Of a stretch of 59,649 nucleotides of DNA, positions 1-13,200 are shown piece by piece. Every line of letters starts with the position of its first letter. Position 1 is the stretch's first letter. The stretch covers positions 62,001 to 121,649 of the forward strand of contig JYFJ02000564.1 of assembly GCA_000934665.2 (NCBI GenBank). Direction: 5' to 3'. The DNA comes from Catajapyx aquilonaris. Taxonomy: Eukaryota. The position numbers and the translations under genes are program-made. The notes under the pieces were generated by a model, which saw only the letters and a program-made list of their open reading frames with translations, searched no databases and was not told where the DNA came from.

Positions 1-409
1 GTTGCTGTTTGGAGTGAGGGACCAAGCGAAGAGTAGCAAACTTCTTCAAGCAGAAAGAATTATGGGGCATGGGTGGGTGGGTGGGGGTGAAGGGGGAGAT
101 TTGGCTTTGTGCCCTTTATGTCAGTACGTTTGACATGTTGGGGTAGTACTTTACCGATGGGCCACATTTAAGATCTCTGTTGTTGTACCGCTGGGAATGT
201 GTGACGCCCTTTTCTTCCCTCGTATGCAAGTACAGCACAATGTGTCCAGTTGTCTAGGAAAGTTAGAAAACCATACAGTCCAACGTGAATACGGTATTAA
301 TGTGAAATCCGAAGGTATCCCATCACAATTGTCGCTCAAGAGTCACGTCAAGTTCAGGGATGAAACTCGAAACTTTTTCAAGTGTACGGGTTGTAACATT
401 GCATCTCGA

Positions 410-505
410 GAAACGCGCTAGGGGGCGTGGCTTATCAGATCACATGACGGGCCTGCTGCCAACGGAAATCGCGCTTTCGGTGGAAGGACCACGTCCCACG
501 TGGTT
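410..505. promoter_or_regulatory. CpG-rich motif cluster (CTCF/GC-box-like GCGCTAGGGGGCGTGGC, E-boxes TCACATGAC and CCACGTGG); possible Patronin promoter
   Basis: Motifs read directly from the sequence; local CpG enrichment about 800 bp upstream of the first recognisable Patronin exon. Confidence 0.35.
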
Positions 506-1274
506 ACCAGGCTCGGCAGGCTGTCATTTGACACTTTGGGCCATTCCCTTCGCGAAAGTTTTTTGCCGTCTCCCAGAAAATATGACAAAAATACACAAGA
601 GTGGGAATTGGGGACATATGTAGTTTGTGGTGCTCTTAAGCTTGACGTGTATGGAATATTTTTGCATAATTTGAATTGACAAATATTCAGAGGTCTCGTT
701 TACACTGCCTTGTTAAGGTAGCCCTTTAAATAATATGGTAGTTATGGTTTGTGTCTACATTACAATAGGCTTACTAGCAGCAAAAGCTAATAATATTAGC
801 TCTTGCTAGCAGTCATAATTAAACTAGATATTCTTATACTTCATACTGCAAGAGTTGACACACTGACAGACACATAACTAGTCTGTCATTACAGCACCAT
901 ACGGATGTCTGTTCCTAGGAATTAGCCAAGTGAGAATAGTGGTGGATCTTTTCACAGAGGTGTTGAGCTTCAGAAAGAGAAAAATCACATAGATTAGATA
1001 TCCAGCAGTTTACAGCCATTGACTTACTAAAAAATCTGGTATGTGTTGTTCTAATGCACAATTTGTCTTTGAAAATTAGGATTCATGCTGAAAGGTGTGG
1101 GATGTGTGGGAAATGTGGTGATCTTTGTCCCATGGATGGTAAATTAACTGTAATGATAGGCATAATTGCAATGGAAATGTGGGAATGAAAGAAATTCAAG
1201 TGTAGGGAGAAGTAAGCCATTGCATGAATCACCCCAAAATGGAAGATGCTGATGATATCTTTTATTTATTGCAG

Positions 1275-4200
1275 GCTAAGCAACGTGCCTCCATAAAGTG
1301 GCTTCTCAGCAAAGCATACAACAATAAAGTTCCAGAGGAGCTGAGGGACCCATTTTACAAGGATCATGAAGTGAGTTTTGTTGTAGCATTTAAGCTATAT
1401 TTATTTTCTTGTTCACTTTCTATTCAAGTTGAGCACAGTTTTGAAGGTAAAGAGTGATTTTAAAAGGGGTATTTTGGAGGGTTTGAAAATGTCAAATAAG
1501 TTGATATTTTCTGGCCAAATGAAGAATGTTTTACATTGTCTGAAATTTTTTATTATTTGAAGAGTGCTGATAGTGACTCCTGACATATTGTGTAAGGTAA
1601 TCTTTGTTGAAGGCAAGCTGGAAGCCTGCAGACCTACTTTTATATTTTCCAGAGAAAGGATCACAGTGCTATCTTGTGGAAGCAACAGAAACAGTTGTTC
1701 CGTTATTGCTGCTAATGTTACATGGATACAAAAGTAACTGCTCAAAAATTATACACTTACTTCTAAAAAGCACTACTGATAAGGACATTTTAATTGGATC
1801 ACCTGTGTATATTTCTTGAATTATACAATATATTGAAATGGCCTTAATGGCTAACAATATTTTGGTATGAAGTGGCTTATTTTTAAGCAGTTACTTTGGA
1901 ATAGTTACTTTTAGGTATTAGGATCTCAGAGGTTTTAAGTGATTACATTCAGTTCAATGGAAAACATGTCGTGAGGCCTGTTCATGGTCTCAGGAAGTCT
2001 TTTCTGGCCTTGGAAAGAGACGAATGACACCAGGGGTCGAAATATTCAGATGTAAAGGTGCAATTTACACTCCAAAATAAATTGTCATCTGCACTCCAAC
2101 CTGAGCCTTGGATTGCAATGTTTGGCTCTGCTTTTAAACCTGGCTATACCCAGTAATTAAAAATTAAGCACTCCAAGTAAGCGATTTGCACTCCAGATTC
2201 CAGTCTGGAGTGCAAACTTGGCATCTGGACAAAAAATTTTAAATTCGACCCCTGTGACACCATATGTATGGCATGTTTGAAACTCTCCAGGTTTTGTTTC
2301 TGTACTTACAAAGGATGTTTGACTTTAGAAAGTATGCAAGCAGAATGTATAAACTCTCAGTTTTTACCTGATGAAGCCTTCTAAAAAGGAATTGCCTCCA
2401 ATGTATTGCCTCCCTGCTAATTGGCTTCATAATTTGTAACTTTCGACCTACAGGACCACATATGAGCTTGTGTTATGACTAGGGCTGTGATGGCCATCAG
2501 TGCCCAAAAGTAGGCTTTGCAAGTTTTATTTTTTTAAATTCTGAGGTGCCATGACAAGCACCAAGTGAGTGGGCATAGATGTGGAAAATATAACATTCCC
2601 CTCCCTTACCATTGATGGATTATTATTAATATGGAATGTTTGACTTTTGATCAATTTGTTACCAATTTTTTGAATTTCTCATTCCAAACTCCTCACAGAA
2701 TGGCAGACAAGCCTTCCTGTTGTTAGCAGATAATTTTTTGATAAGTTGTAAAAGTAACTTCGTAAAATAAGCAGCTTAGAGCAAAGAATTGCGCTGAGAG
2801 CATTTTTCATACATTTATTATCATAATCATGTTATAAGTGCAGTGAAACTTGTATACCTGGAATTTTTTAGGCACTAGAAAAAAACGTGAGCTGTGAAAG
2901 ATTCAAGTTAGGAAAGTTCTCAAAAAAATTATAATGAAAATCTGTGCCAGAACATTTACCATTTTTCCACATTGCATAGTACTGAATAAACCTTGGAATA
3001 AACTTTGGTGATGGCCATGTGTGCATTTTAAATGTGAATTATTAATTTATAGTAACTAGCGATGCAAATGTGTCTTTTGAAACTGCCATTCAGAAATCAG
3101 TTTACAAAATTTTGTAAGTCTCGAACCCTTGCACAGTGCAGTGGGAAATGAATCTGGCAGAAACCTCGACGTGCAGAGATTTAAAAATTCAGAAATTCAA
3201 TAATAAATTGTCAGCAGTTCAAGTTATCAAGAGCTTCAAGATATAGAAATTTGACTGAAGGAAGTTTTATTCCTGTGACTTTATATTGTGACCAACCAGT
3301 GATCTTCTGTTTTCTTCAACAGAGAACTTCGACTTATTAGAGACGTTCGAGTTTTCCACTGTATATCCATATCCCTACATCTATCACCAGTAGTTCATTC
3401 TGTAAAACCCAAATGCAGGATGGAGATGTTCATTGATATGTTAATTTTAAATATATTAATGCTAAGTGTTAAATTGTAAATTTGATTTCTCATTACAGGG
3501 GCAAGAACACCTCAAGCCACACATCGTACACACGCTGGCCAATGCCGAGCTGTACTGCTTGGCATTGGCCAACCTCTACGCTGATCCAAATTTTCACCAA
3601 CTGAACCACTGGGGTGTTATTCAGGCATTGGCCCGGAAAGGTGTTTATGTTGCTGAGCCTTCTGATGTCCAGCTAACAGAAACGGTGCTTATCCAAACAA
3701 CACCACTGAGAATGGTAAGTAAAGTATAATGAACAACTAATTAAGTCGTTAAATTTTTTTCCACTACTGGCAAAAAACTGCCTTATACACCATCAAGCAG
3801 TGCTCCCACATGCAGATGCGGGTGGAAGTGTGTGCTTGCAGTAGTGGTGTGTTGGGTTGTTTCATGCACACTTCTGACCACAGCCACATGGAGTGCTGCT
3901 TGTGAGGTTACACTGCAGTTTTTTAAGTAGCATACAATGTACATTTGGTTCTTTATGTTGGTTGCAAAAGAGAACTAGGTTATTTGTCAAGGTTTGTCCT
4001 ATTACAAAGAATGAGTTTATATTTTTTGTGCATGCGCAAATTCCTTATGGCAGGAACGAAGGGGTTAATGGACACAATTGATACAAGCTGTAATGTGGAA
4101 ATGTTGAGCAAAAAAGTGCCCCTCAAAAATTTGTGTATGACGTCGTCGTATTGAAGTGTTGATGCAGTGAAAGTATGTATTACAGCTTGTATTACAGTAC

Positions 4201-7200
4201 CTTTTAATCAACCCATGCAGCATCATTCACATACATGCTGGTGTCCATATAAAGGGTACCACTGATTCTCCATTTCAAAAATGTAAAAATGCCACCTTAA
4301 TTGACACCCAGATTGTGCAAGTATTGAGGCATTAATAAATTAGTGTCATTAGCACAAAGTCTGATTCAAGGACTCTCTAACTGGGTACCATCGTCATTAC
4401 AGAGTGCGCATATGGTGGTGATCGAGGCCATGATTACACTGTTTATCAAGGAGTTGGTAACAGCTGATCGAGTTGTGAGCTCAGTGAGACGCTTTGGACC
4501 TTCATTGACTCCAGCAGAACTGCCTAGTGACCAGGAGGAGGCCATGCTCCTGTGGATCAACACTGCCTGCAACACACTTAAAAGAAGGATTCAAATTGAG
4601 TTGGAGCAGCTCTCAGCTGAAGAGGTAAGCTGGAACTGTCATGAAATTTTTCATTCCTAATGTGCTTTTCTGTGAAATATAAAGATATAAATGATTATGC
4701 TTATGTTCTTGGCAATTTAGCACCATTATTTGTGGACGTAAATAGGCACTTAATACATGGGAGATTATTTTAAAAGTAAAATATTATATTCAAGAAATCA
4801 AAATGAATGTAAATTTTAGCAAAAAACGTCAAATCCATATATTATTGTCATTACCTGAAGTCATCATACTATTATCTATTCCTAAGCATAATGTAGGAGG
4901 TCCCATCCAGTGCCTTATTTGAATGCTGCTCACTCCTGATCACCCACCATAATAACTGGGTGCGAAATGAAGCTCAGAAAGAAGCAGAAGGTAATTTAGA
5001 AATGACCATACCTCAAGGCATGACAACTGTCTATCTTGCCAAGCTTCTTATTGCACTTGGTTATCACGGAGGGTGAACCAGAGTGTATCTCATTCGTTAA
5101 GTCAGGAGGTGGGACCTGCCTTATGCCTCAGGATGGAGACTACAATCATGCTGTATGTGTTTCTTATTTTAATTTAGTTACATATTGATGAACTTGCTTT
5201 CATTGTTCTTGGAATATTGGCAGCTGCATGGAAAAGCACCATTCTGAATATGTCATTGTTGTTGTTGATGTTGCTCATGCTATTGCTAAATTGCTGCTGG
5301 ACAATGGGTGCTTGGGTGTTGTGTGTATCTTCGACCCTTTTCTTTTCTTGCTTTGTCCAAGAGAGGAGAGTCAAAGGACCATCAGGAGGAGAGAGGGCAG
5401 GCGGGTAAAAAGACCAAAGAGTTCTTTATTGATATTCCTAAGGCTCGGGAAGCTCTTCAGAGATTGAAAGCTAAGGTATTTGAAGTGCCTCTGCATTGCA
5501 TTGTGTTTAGTTGCTATGTTAACTGCATGCAGCATTAATTTGGCTGTCAGCTTTTGTTACTCTTTCATTAAGGATTAGTTGCACTGCTCATGGTATATAA
5601 AAATGAGAGGTTTCTCCTGCTTATTAATTGTTCCCAACCAGTTAATAAAAAGGAGAATCAACTCCTTTTGATATATCACATGAGGTCCAACTGGCTCTTA
5701 GCAAGGAAATTAAAGTATGGTCTGGTGATGAGTTATGTTATTATTTCATAGTCCCTGTGGATGCAGTAATTAATATTTCTCGTCAGTGCAGCAGTGGCAG
5801 CCATAAGTAGATTATAAAGCAATCTTGAACCTGTCATGGATGTTCAAACATGGTTGTGAAGCCATATCGGTAGCAAACAAACATGTAATAGCAATCAAGT
5901 TAGGTGTAGAGGGCAATGACAATTAGATTGTTGTGATTTAGCATGCGTGGTCACCACTGCAGTACAAATTGTAATGAAATTGCAGTAGGACCTGACTTTA
6001 TCCCAGTAGAAGGCATATTATTCTCAGAGTCCCTTCTCAGAAGTGCTAAAAATGTAAACTCATACACTCATGCTAACAGCATGGCAATCAAAAGGGCTTA
6101 CTTTAGGGATAAGTGACTCCTCTTTGAAGAGTAGTGTACACCTCAGTGTGATTATTTGTAGCCTAATAATATTATTTTCCCTAAGGAAACATTGGGGCTT
6201 ATTCATGAAAATTAGTTATTCCATAAAAAATCTGTACATCTGATTACATGAGTGGCCAATCCTGTGGGCTTAGATGGGATTTCATACAAGTCTTCCTTTC
6301 TCTATCTTTTGCGCTGCCCCATCATGAACATTTTTATCTGGAATTGTGTAATACTGTTTCTGCTGAGTGATGTGTGCCTGGTTCACTTCAATACCATCAG
6401 TATTAGCTTTTGTTACCCTTGGAAGTGTACTTCTGAGTGCCACCCCACAATTTGTTCTAGTTATGTGTTCAATGAAAGTTTCGTANNNNNNNNNTTTTCC
6501 CCCCCCCCCCCCCCCCCCATGCATTAGATTCAGGAAGGTAACACTGGAACCTTTGCTAGTTACTTGACCCAATCAGTCGATGCAAGTGGCTTGCTATTGC
6601 CACCGTTGGCTGATTTATATCATGTGTTTGGCAGGTGTGCCAGTGCTATTTCTCAGGGAGAAGGCCTTTGACCATACAGCTTTGTCGTAATTACTTCCAT
6701 ATTAATCCTGCAATATTGGTTGATGCAGTATTGAAAAAAATAATTGAAAGTGTGGAAATGTAGGACAATATTAACCCAAGTAACATTCAAATATATTTGC
6801 CTGAATGATGATACTGAAGAATACAGTGGAACTTGAAATCATCATGGGACCAGAAAAAAAAAAAGTGTTTTGGAAGATTCAAGTTAGAGAAGTTTTAAAA
6901 AATACTAGAAAAACCCTTGCTTCACTTGTATTTATATAGTTAGTGCATGACTATTCAAGAATATTAGCATTATTCTGACACTGTTTAATGGTAACTAATT
7001 AAAACGGTGCCCATAATGCTACAATACTTAATTTTTAGGAGAAAATGTCTTTGTACGACCACTTGTGACACTTACGGTGGTCTTGTTACTATTTACATTG
7101 TGTACAATTTTACTGGACTTGAGCGACATATGTCTTGGGAATGTTCCACTTTGTAAAAGTTCCACTGTAGTGTAAAAACAATGAACATTAAAAAGAAGTA

Positions 7201-10200
7201 AAACCTGTGAATGCCAGCTAACATGAAGTCACTACATGTACTAGTGACAGCTCCAGCATTATAAGCTGGCATGCTGCATGTGCTTGATGTGTTGCATCAA
7301 TTACCTGCATGCAAATGAATATAGAGGGATTTTCCATAAATTACGAGTATCTAGCCACAGAACAAGGGGAGCACAATGAGAATGTTAATAATTGGCTTCC
7401 ACTGTTGAAGTAATTTTAGAAGGGTCATAAATATTGGAAACAGATAGTGGCCATTTATGGAAGACCCCTGGGCAAGAAAGACGTACTGAATTCTAGGAAC
7501 CTATCCAGTTACCATGTTATAATTATTTCAGGGTGAAGAGTACACATCCCCAACTTTTCCAAAACATCAAGATCTGAGTGACCTTTCGGATGGAGTAGGC
7601 TTATGTGCTCTTATAGCCTTATACTGTCCTGATGAACTTCACTGGTCAGAGGTCACAACAGGCTCACCACTGGGCATGGCAGACTCTCTCTACAATCTGC
7701 AGATGGTGCAAAGGTTTTGCCAAGAGGGCCTGCCTTATGATATGTGCCACCTCACTCTTGAGGACCTCATCTACATGCACAGGTAATGATTATGGCCTTA
7801 TGGCGGTTTGATGCCTAGTATCTGTGGGACAGGGGTCCACATGTCCATAAGGGGTATATAACAGTGGGTTTAGTAATAAACCTGCCATTGTGCTCATATC
7901 TCCTGGCATCTTAATTTATTATGAAATGTTACTGCAAGAATATGAACTTGTTTTATGGTTGTAAGATATCAATGACCTCAAGTAATGGGCCAGTGCACCA
8001 TAATTTATTATCAATTAAGATCAACACTGCTGTAGTGAACAAGAGTACTTTTAGAAATGTTGTAGCATTTTGTTGGGGGCAGAACTATTGATAACATTAT
8101 TTCAGCCTGAGATACAATTTTTTTGTTTTGTTGTTACAGTTCCATTAAGCAAAACATAGTGGCTTTTGTGGCAGATATGTTCAACATCTTCGAAATCCAT
8201 CCAGAGAAGTGTGTGAGGCTTCCAGGACTAGAAAAGGAGAAAGTCATATCAGGTCAGTTTTTATATGTCACCTGTTATTGCAGTTTGTTAGACATGACCA
8301 TTGTGCAAGGCTTTTTTTATTGCATAAGGTTACGTGGTAACATTTTCTGGCTTAAAACAGCCCCTTTTCCCAACCATCCCTAGTTCCTCTGCGCAGCTCG
8401 CATGGACTTCTCTCCAAGCGAGGCCAAAAGTCCACAGGGCCCATTCCAGACCTCCGCCCAAGCTTAGTTTCTCATTCAGGCAGCCTCACAGGTAGGCACC
8501 ATGCTTTTTCTTGGTGATTTTGTTTCTTGTGTAGTACTTCCCTGTCTCTATCCTGATTTGCCTCCCTTTGCAAAATGTACATTTTTTAGTTATATAATTA
8601 TAAGTTGTGGTGTCACACAGGGCCCAGCATATGTTGTCTTTCATGTAGACTTGTAGAGTAATTACAAGAGTTGGTGGTTAATATTATCTCTAGAGAGAAG
8701 GAAGAATTGTTGTGATCCAGGTGATAGTTGTTTCCACAAGGGGAAAGTAAGACCCAAATACTTGAAGACCTAGGTATGATTATTAATGCATCCTGTGACA
8801 TCCTTGCCTGTCCCAACATTCCCTGGTAGATCTGCATCGGCACTGTGCCAAGTCCCCAAATGAGAGTGGGGGAGGGACCTCCTCGTCCCTCCCTCGGCGC
8901 CAAAATTCCATGCAAGACAAGGAGCGCAGGAGGGCTGCCCTCCAGGAAGGTAGGCAGGAAGGCCTGCTCTTCTCGTTGGCCTCTGCTTCCACCACCAGAG
9001 TACATTTCATTGATTTGCTTTAGGAAAGATTCCCTCTTTGGCTTGACATAATGTGCTAGCTCATGCAGCCTAGGGGCTCCTATTTCACACAGTGGTTCTT
9101 ATCAGCCAAAGTGTTAGCAGTGGTGCTCTGAACACTGGTATTTTTCACTTGCACTACCTATTAGTAAAAAAGGGATCTTAATAATGTTACATACGTCATC
9201 TGACAAAAATAGTTTGTTCAGGGAGTAGAGCCATTGCAGAATGTGCGACACATTACGTCTAACCCTGGGGATCTTTCATGCCCTGCTGCACTTGCTTGGC
9301 ACACACTTTACTTATTGTATTTAGTGTTATTGGCACATTTGTAGTTACTGGGACTTATGAGATCAACCATTCCTCCCTTCCTATCCTCTATTTACCCACT
9401 TAACATTAATTTACATTTGTGAGTGTAAAAAAAATGCTTTCAAGTAAGCAGATTGGATATTAAATAATTGAATGGAATTTAAAATTACTCCTCCCAGTGG
9501 CTTTGTACTGTACATGGAGTAGCTTTGCGCACATGCTTTATTGTTGCTTTACAGTTTTGATTCCAATAAAAGGTAAGGTTTTTATGGTTATAGCATATGT
9601 GCAGCTGACTTTTGTGCTGTGATATATTTCCATTGCTTGATATGCACTTTTATGGCATTCATATTGTGATGCATTAGCATGTACACAGGAATTGCATTAT
9701 AGTATGCAGTATATTTCATGCCATTGACCCAAGTATCACCAGTTTATAAAACATTGGGGAAACTGGAGAATAGTTTACAGAAAAAGCATATTGCTTTAGT
9801 ACAGGCCTTTATTCTAGAACTGCTCATTAAAACTGAATGCTTGCTTTTCAAGATTTATGTTTGTAAGGACCATGATATGTTTTGTGAGATTGTTCTTGAT
9901 AATATTAGATAGATGAAAAAGTGCAATTCAGTTTTTTTCCTAGTTTGATCAACTGAAAATTCTGGACCAACTTCAAATGACCACAGAACGCATTAGGGGC
10001 ATTGGAGAGATTATATACAGGTAGTCCCTGGTCTACGAATGGGGTTACATTCCTGAAAATGTCCATTAGTCAGATTTGTATGTAACTCGAATCCCTGAGG
10101 AACAGCGCATACATTCAGCATAAAGATTCTGCTCCAACAAACTGATAACGTCACGTGTGTCTGTTTACATGCGCAAAGGATGTACTTTCCCAATTATTTA

Positions 10201-13200
10201 TTTATTATACAGTATTTATGTGGAACTTGGTGTCCGTCAGAGTTCGGACAGGTGATTGAAATTGGAGGAATAATTGCACATTTTTCTTCCTGGGAGCACT
10301 GGGAGCATGTTTGTAAGTATGGATCGCTGTAAATTGGGTCGTTTGTAAACCGAGGACTGCCTGTATGCCATGAAGTTTTCCTGGCCATGTTATAAGATGC
10401 ACAGTTTTTTAGAGTTGTTGATTGTTCACAAAAATTGAACTTAATGTGTTCAACATAGTGTTCAACTGCAATGTCATTTATTGGTCATTTTGTGAACTCC
10501 CCCGGGTGGATTAGTCTAGCAGAAATTTCCACCCGAGACGAAGCCAGAGATGGCCCAACATGCACGAGATGAAGGGGGGAACCCTGGGTTGGGTTCGAAC
10601 CCGGGACCTTAACATCCGTGGGCGCATACGTTACCCCAGCACCACTCCGCCTCCCTCACTTTGCACATCCCCTCCTACTTACCCGTGGAACAACTTAATA
10701 TAATTACTATATATGGTTCCAAAAACAAATTGTGGTATTTTACCCCCCTAAGAGTACCTACGGCCCTAGCACGGGGTACCAAAAAAACCACCCAAAATAT
10801 TGAGAATTTTCAAGCATTGCAGAAAGTTTTACATTAAAAATGTCCAATGCACCTAACACTTTCTGTGGCCATTAGAAGTAAGAAGAAATTTCAAACTCGT
10901 GATTTGCTAATTTAGATTTCTCAGCTGGGACATACGAGGGGGAATCAAATGAAAACGATAAAAGTGTCCTGAAAAATCCAAAAATCTTCCTGGCCGCTTG
11001 AAACCTTACATACACAATGGTAGAACTATAGTGGATCGAGTAGTAAAAGTACGTGCCACTAGATGGCATTGGAGTCAGCCGACAGCCATCACAAGATGGC
11101 GGCGACACTTACGAAGTGCACCAAAGAAGAACAGCGGGCCGTCGTGAGATTGTTGCGGAGTGAAGGGATTAAGTCGATCGAAATCCACCGCAGGATGGCC
11201 CTGAAATACGGGGACGTGTGCATGTCGCAGGGGCGAGTGTACGCGTGGTGCGAAAAATTCGCAACAGGACCCGTATACTGGGCCCGTATACTGGCTGAGG
11301 CTGTCTCGAGTTGAACTCGAGGATACGACTCTGCGTGACGTCAAAATGACGTAGGCTGTGTGCCTCCCCTGCCCCGGATTGGTCTGCATACGTCATTTTG
11401 ACGTCACGCAGAGTCGCATCCTCAAGTTCAACTCGAGACAGCCTCGGCCGGGCTGGCCGGGCGCATCGTGCAGTGACACCAGAGTCCATAGCAGCAGTGG
11501 ACGGACTGATTCAAGAAAACCGCCGTGTCACACTGGAAGAAGTGGCCTCTGAAGTGTCTGCCACATCCCCCCGTACTCGCCCGACTTAGCACCATCTGAT
11601 TACCACATCTTTGGTCCATTGAAAGCAGACCTAGGAGGAAAGAAGTTCCAGTCCAATGATGAAGTGGAAGCGGCGGTGCACAACTGGCTTCGAGCTCAAT
11701 CGAAAGAAATTTTTTCCACGGTATTGAGGTGCTTCCTACCAGGTGGCGCACTTGCATTGAACGCCAAGGGGACTATGTAGAAAAATAGTGTAGTTGTCAC
11801 AATCATTATTAGAGTAGAACAATTGTAAAAATAATAATTCTCGTTTTCATTTGATTCCCCCTCGTAATTGAGCAAAAACTGAGTGTCACAAAGTCATCTG
11901 ATTTTACTGGGAACAAGCACACTTAGACTTTTTGTGATCCATTCTGACACTGATCTTGGGACACCTTCTTTATTGAGTAGCACAAGTTCAAGCTTAAACC
12001 ACTGTGAGTAACCCTCTCTAAGACGAGTGTTCCCCACACCAGCCCTGCTGATCAACCCCTGTTTAAAATCAGTGGCATTTTATTGCACTCTTATAGAGAA
12101 AGATGCAAGCATCTTGTAGTCTAGTACTTCTTTCAGCTGACATTTGAGAATATTATTGACTTTAGTTCCTGTGATGTAATGATATGAAACACTTTGCCAT
12201 TTTTATACAACATGGCATTAATATTTACTGTCATTTATAGTTGATGGATAAACCATGCTGTATCATTAAACATATAGTGATCCAGCAATATATTGCACCT
12301 TATTTGCATTGCATATTCAACATAGGGTAGTGGTTCATACAATGGAAAATGTTTGCCAATTTATAACATGGCATGCAACTTACACACTAATATGAGTCCA
12401 CCATCTGAAAAGCTCAAAGGCATGAAATGTAAGTGGAGTAGAAGAGAAAGCATGCATTTTAAAATTGTCAAGTCTGTAGCTTAGTTGCTGTTGTTGAAAG
12501 CAACTGTACCCTCAAACTGTCCAATGTAATAACCCCTAGTAGAGGACTAATGACGGTGTGTATATTATTCCCTTTACCGACTCCTCCAAGCTCACTCGTT
12601 TGACTGGAGCGACTTGTACCCGGAGTGGTGGTGGCCATGTAGTCACGAACCCACTACTAGGTGCTTCTACTGTTGGCGGGGCACCAAGAAGCCTTCCTTT
12701 GAGGAGCTGTGCTCGTTTCATTACACCAGGGGTAATCCATTTCTTGCTCAGGCCCATTCAGTCTTTGTTTCACATTTCTGAGTACAGTATGCCTCTTTGT
12801 GTTTTCGTTTTTACTTGCTGGTTTCTTTCTGCCCACCTGTTCTTGTAGCTTGGCTGGAGGAGCTTGGTTGTTGTGCCCAATTGTTTGACTGATTGCTAAA
12901 TGTCTGGGCTTTGGATGCTGTGTGAATGAGGAGTGATGAATTTTCCCTAGAATTTGCTTCTGGTCAAGGTGTGAAGAAGTGGAAATTGGAAAAATAACCA
13001 TTGGTGAAAGTATGTAGTAATGTGACTGTTAACTCTAATTTGAAATGCTAACTTACCTTCCAATACGAGAAGCAATATACGTACATGCAGGGTCAGTCAT
13101 TTTATGAAGTTGTTCCGACCGCTATAAATATGCCTAAAATAACTCGTTTCATTGTTGCTTACTGAACCTGTTTGAAGCTCTGCGTGATGGAGTTTGTTAG

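Noticed and set aside
1224..1274. In-frame ATGs (1224, 1239) as the Patronin start
   Set aside because: The stretch ends in a typical acceptor (ttttatttattgcag), so it is more likely intron; the true start cannot be determined from sequence alone.
6486..6520. Poly-Pro/poly-Gly ORFs at the poly-C tract
   Set aside because: Artefacts of a homopolymer next to an assembly gap.
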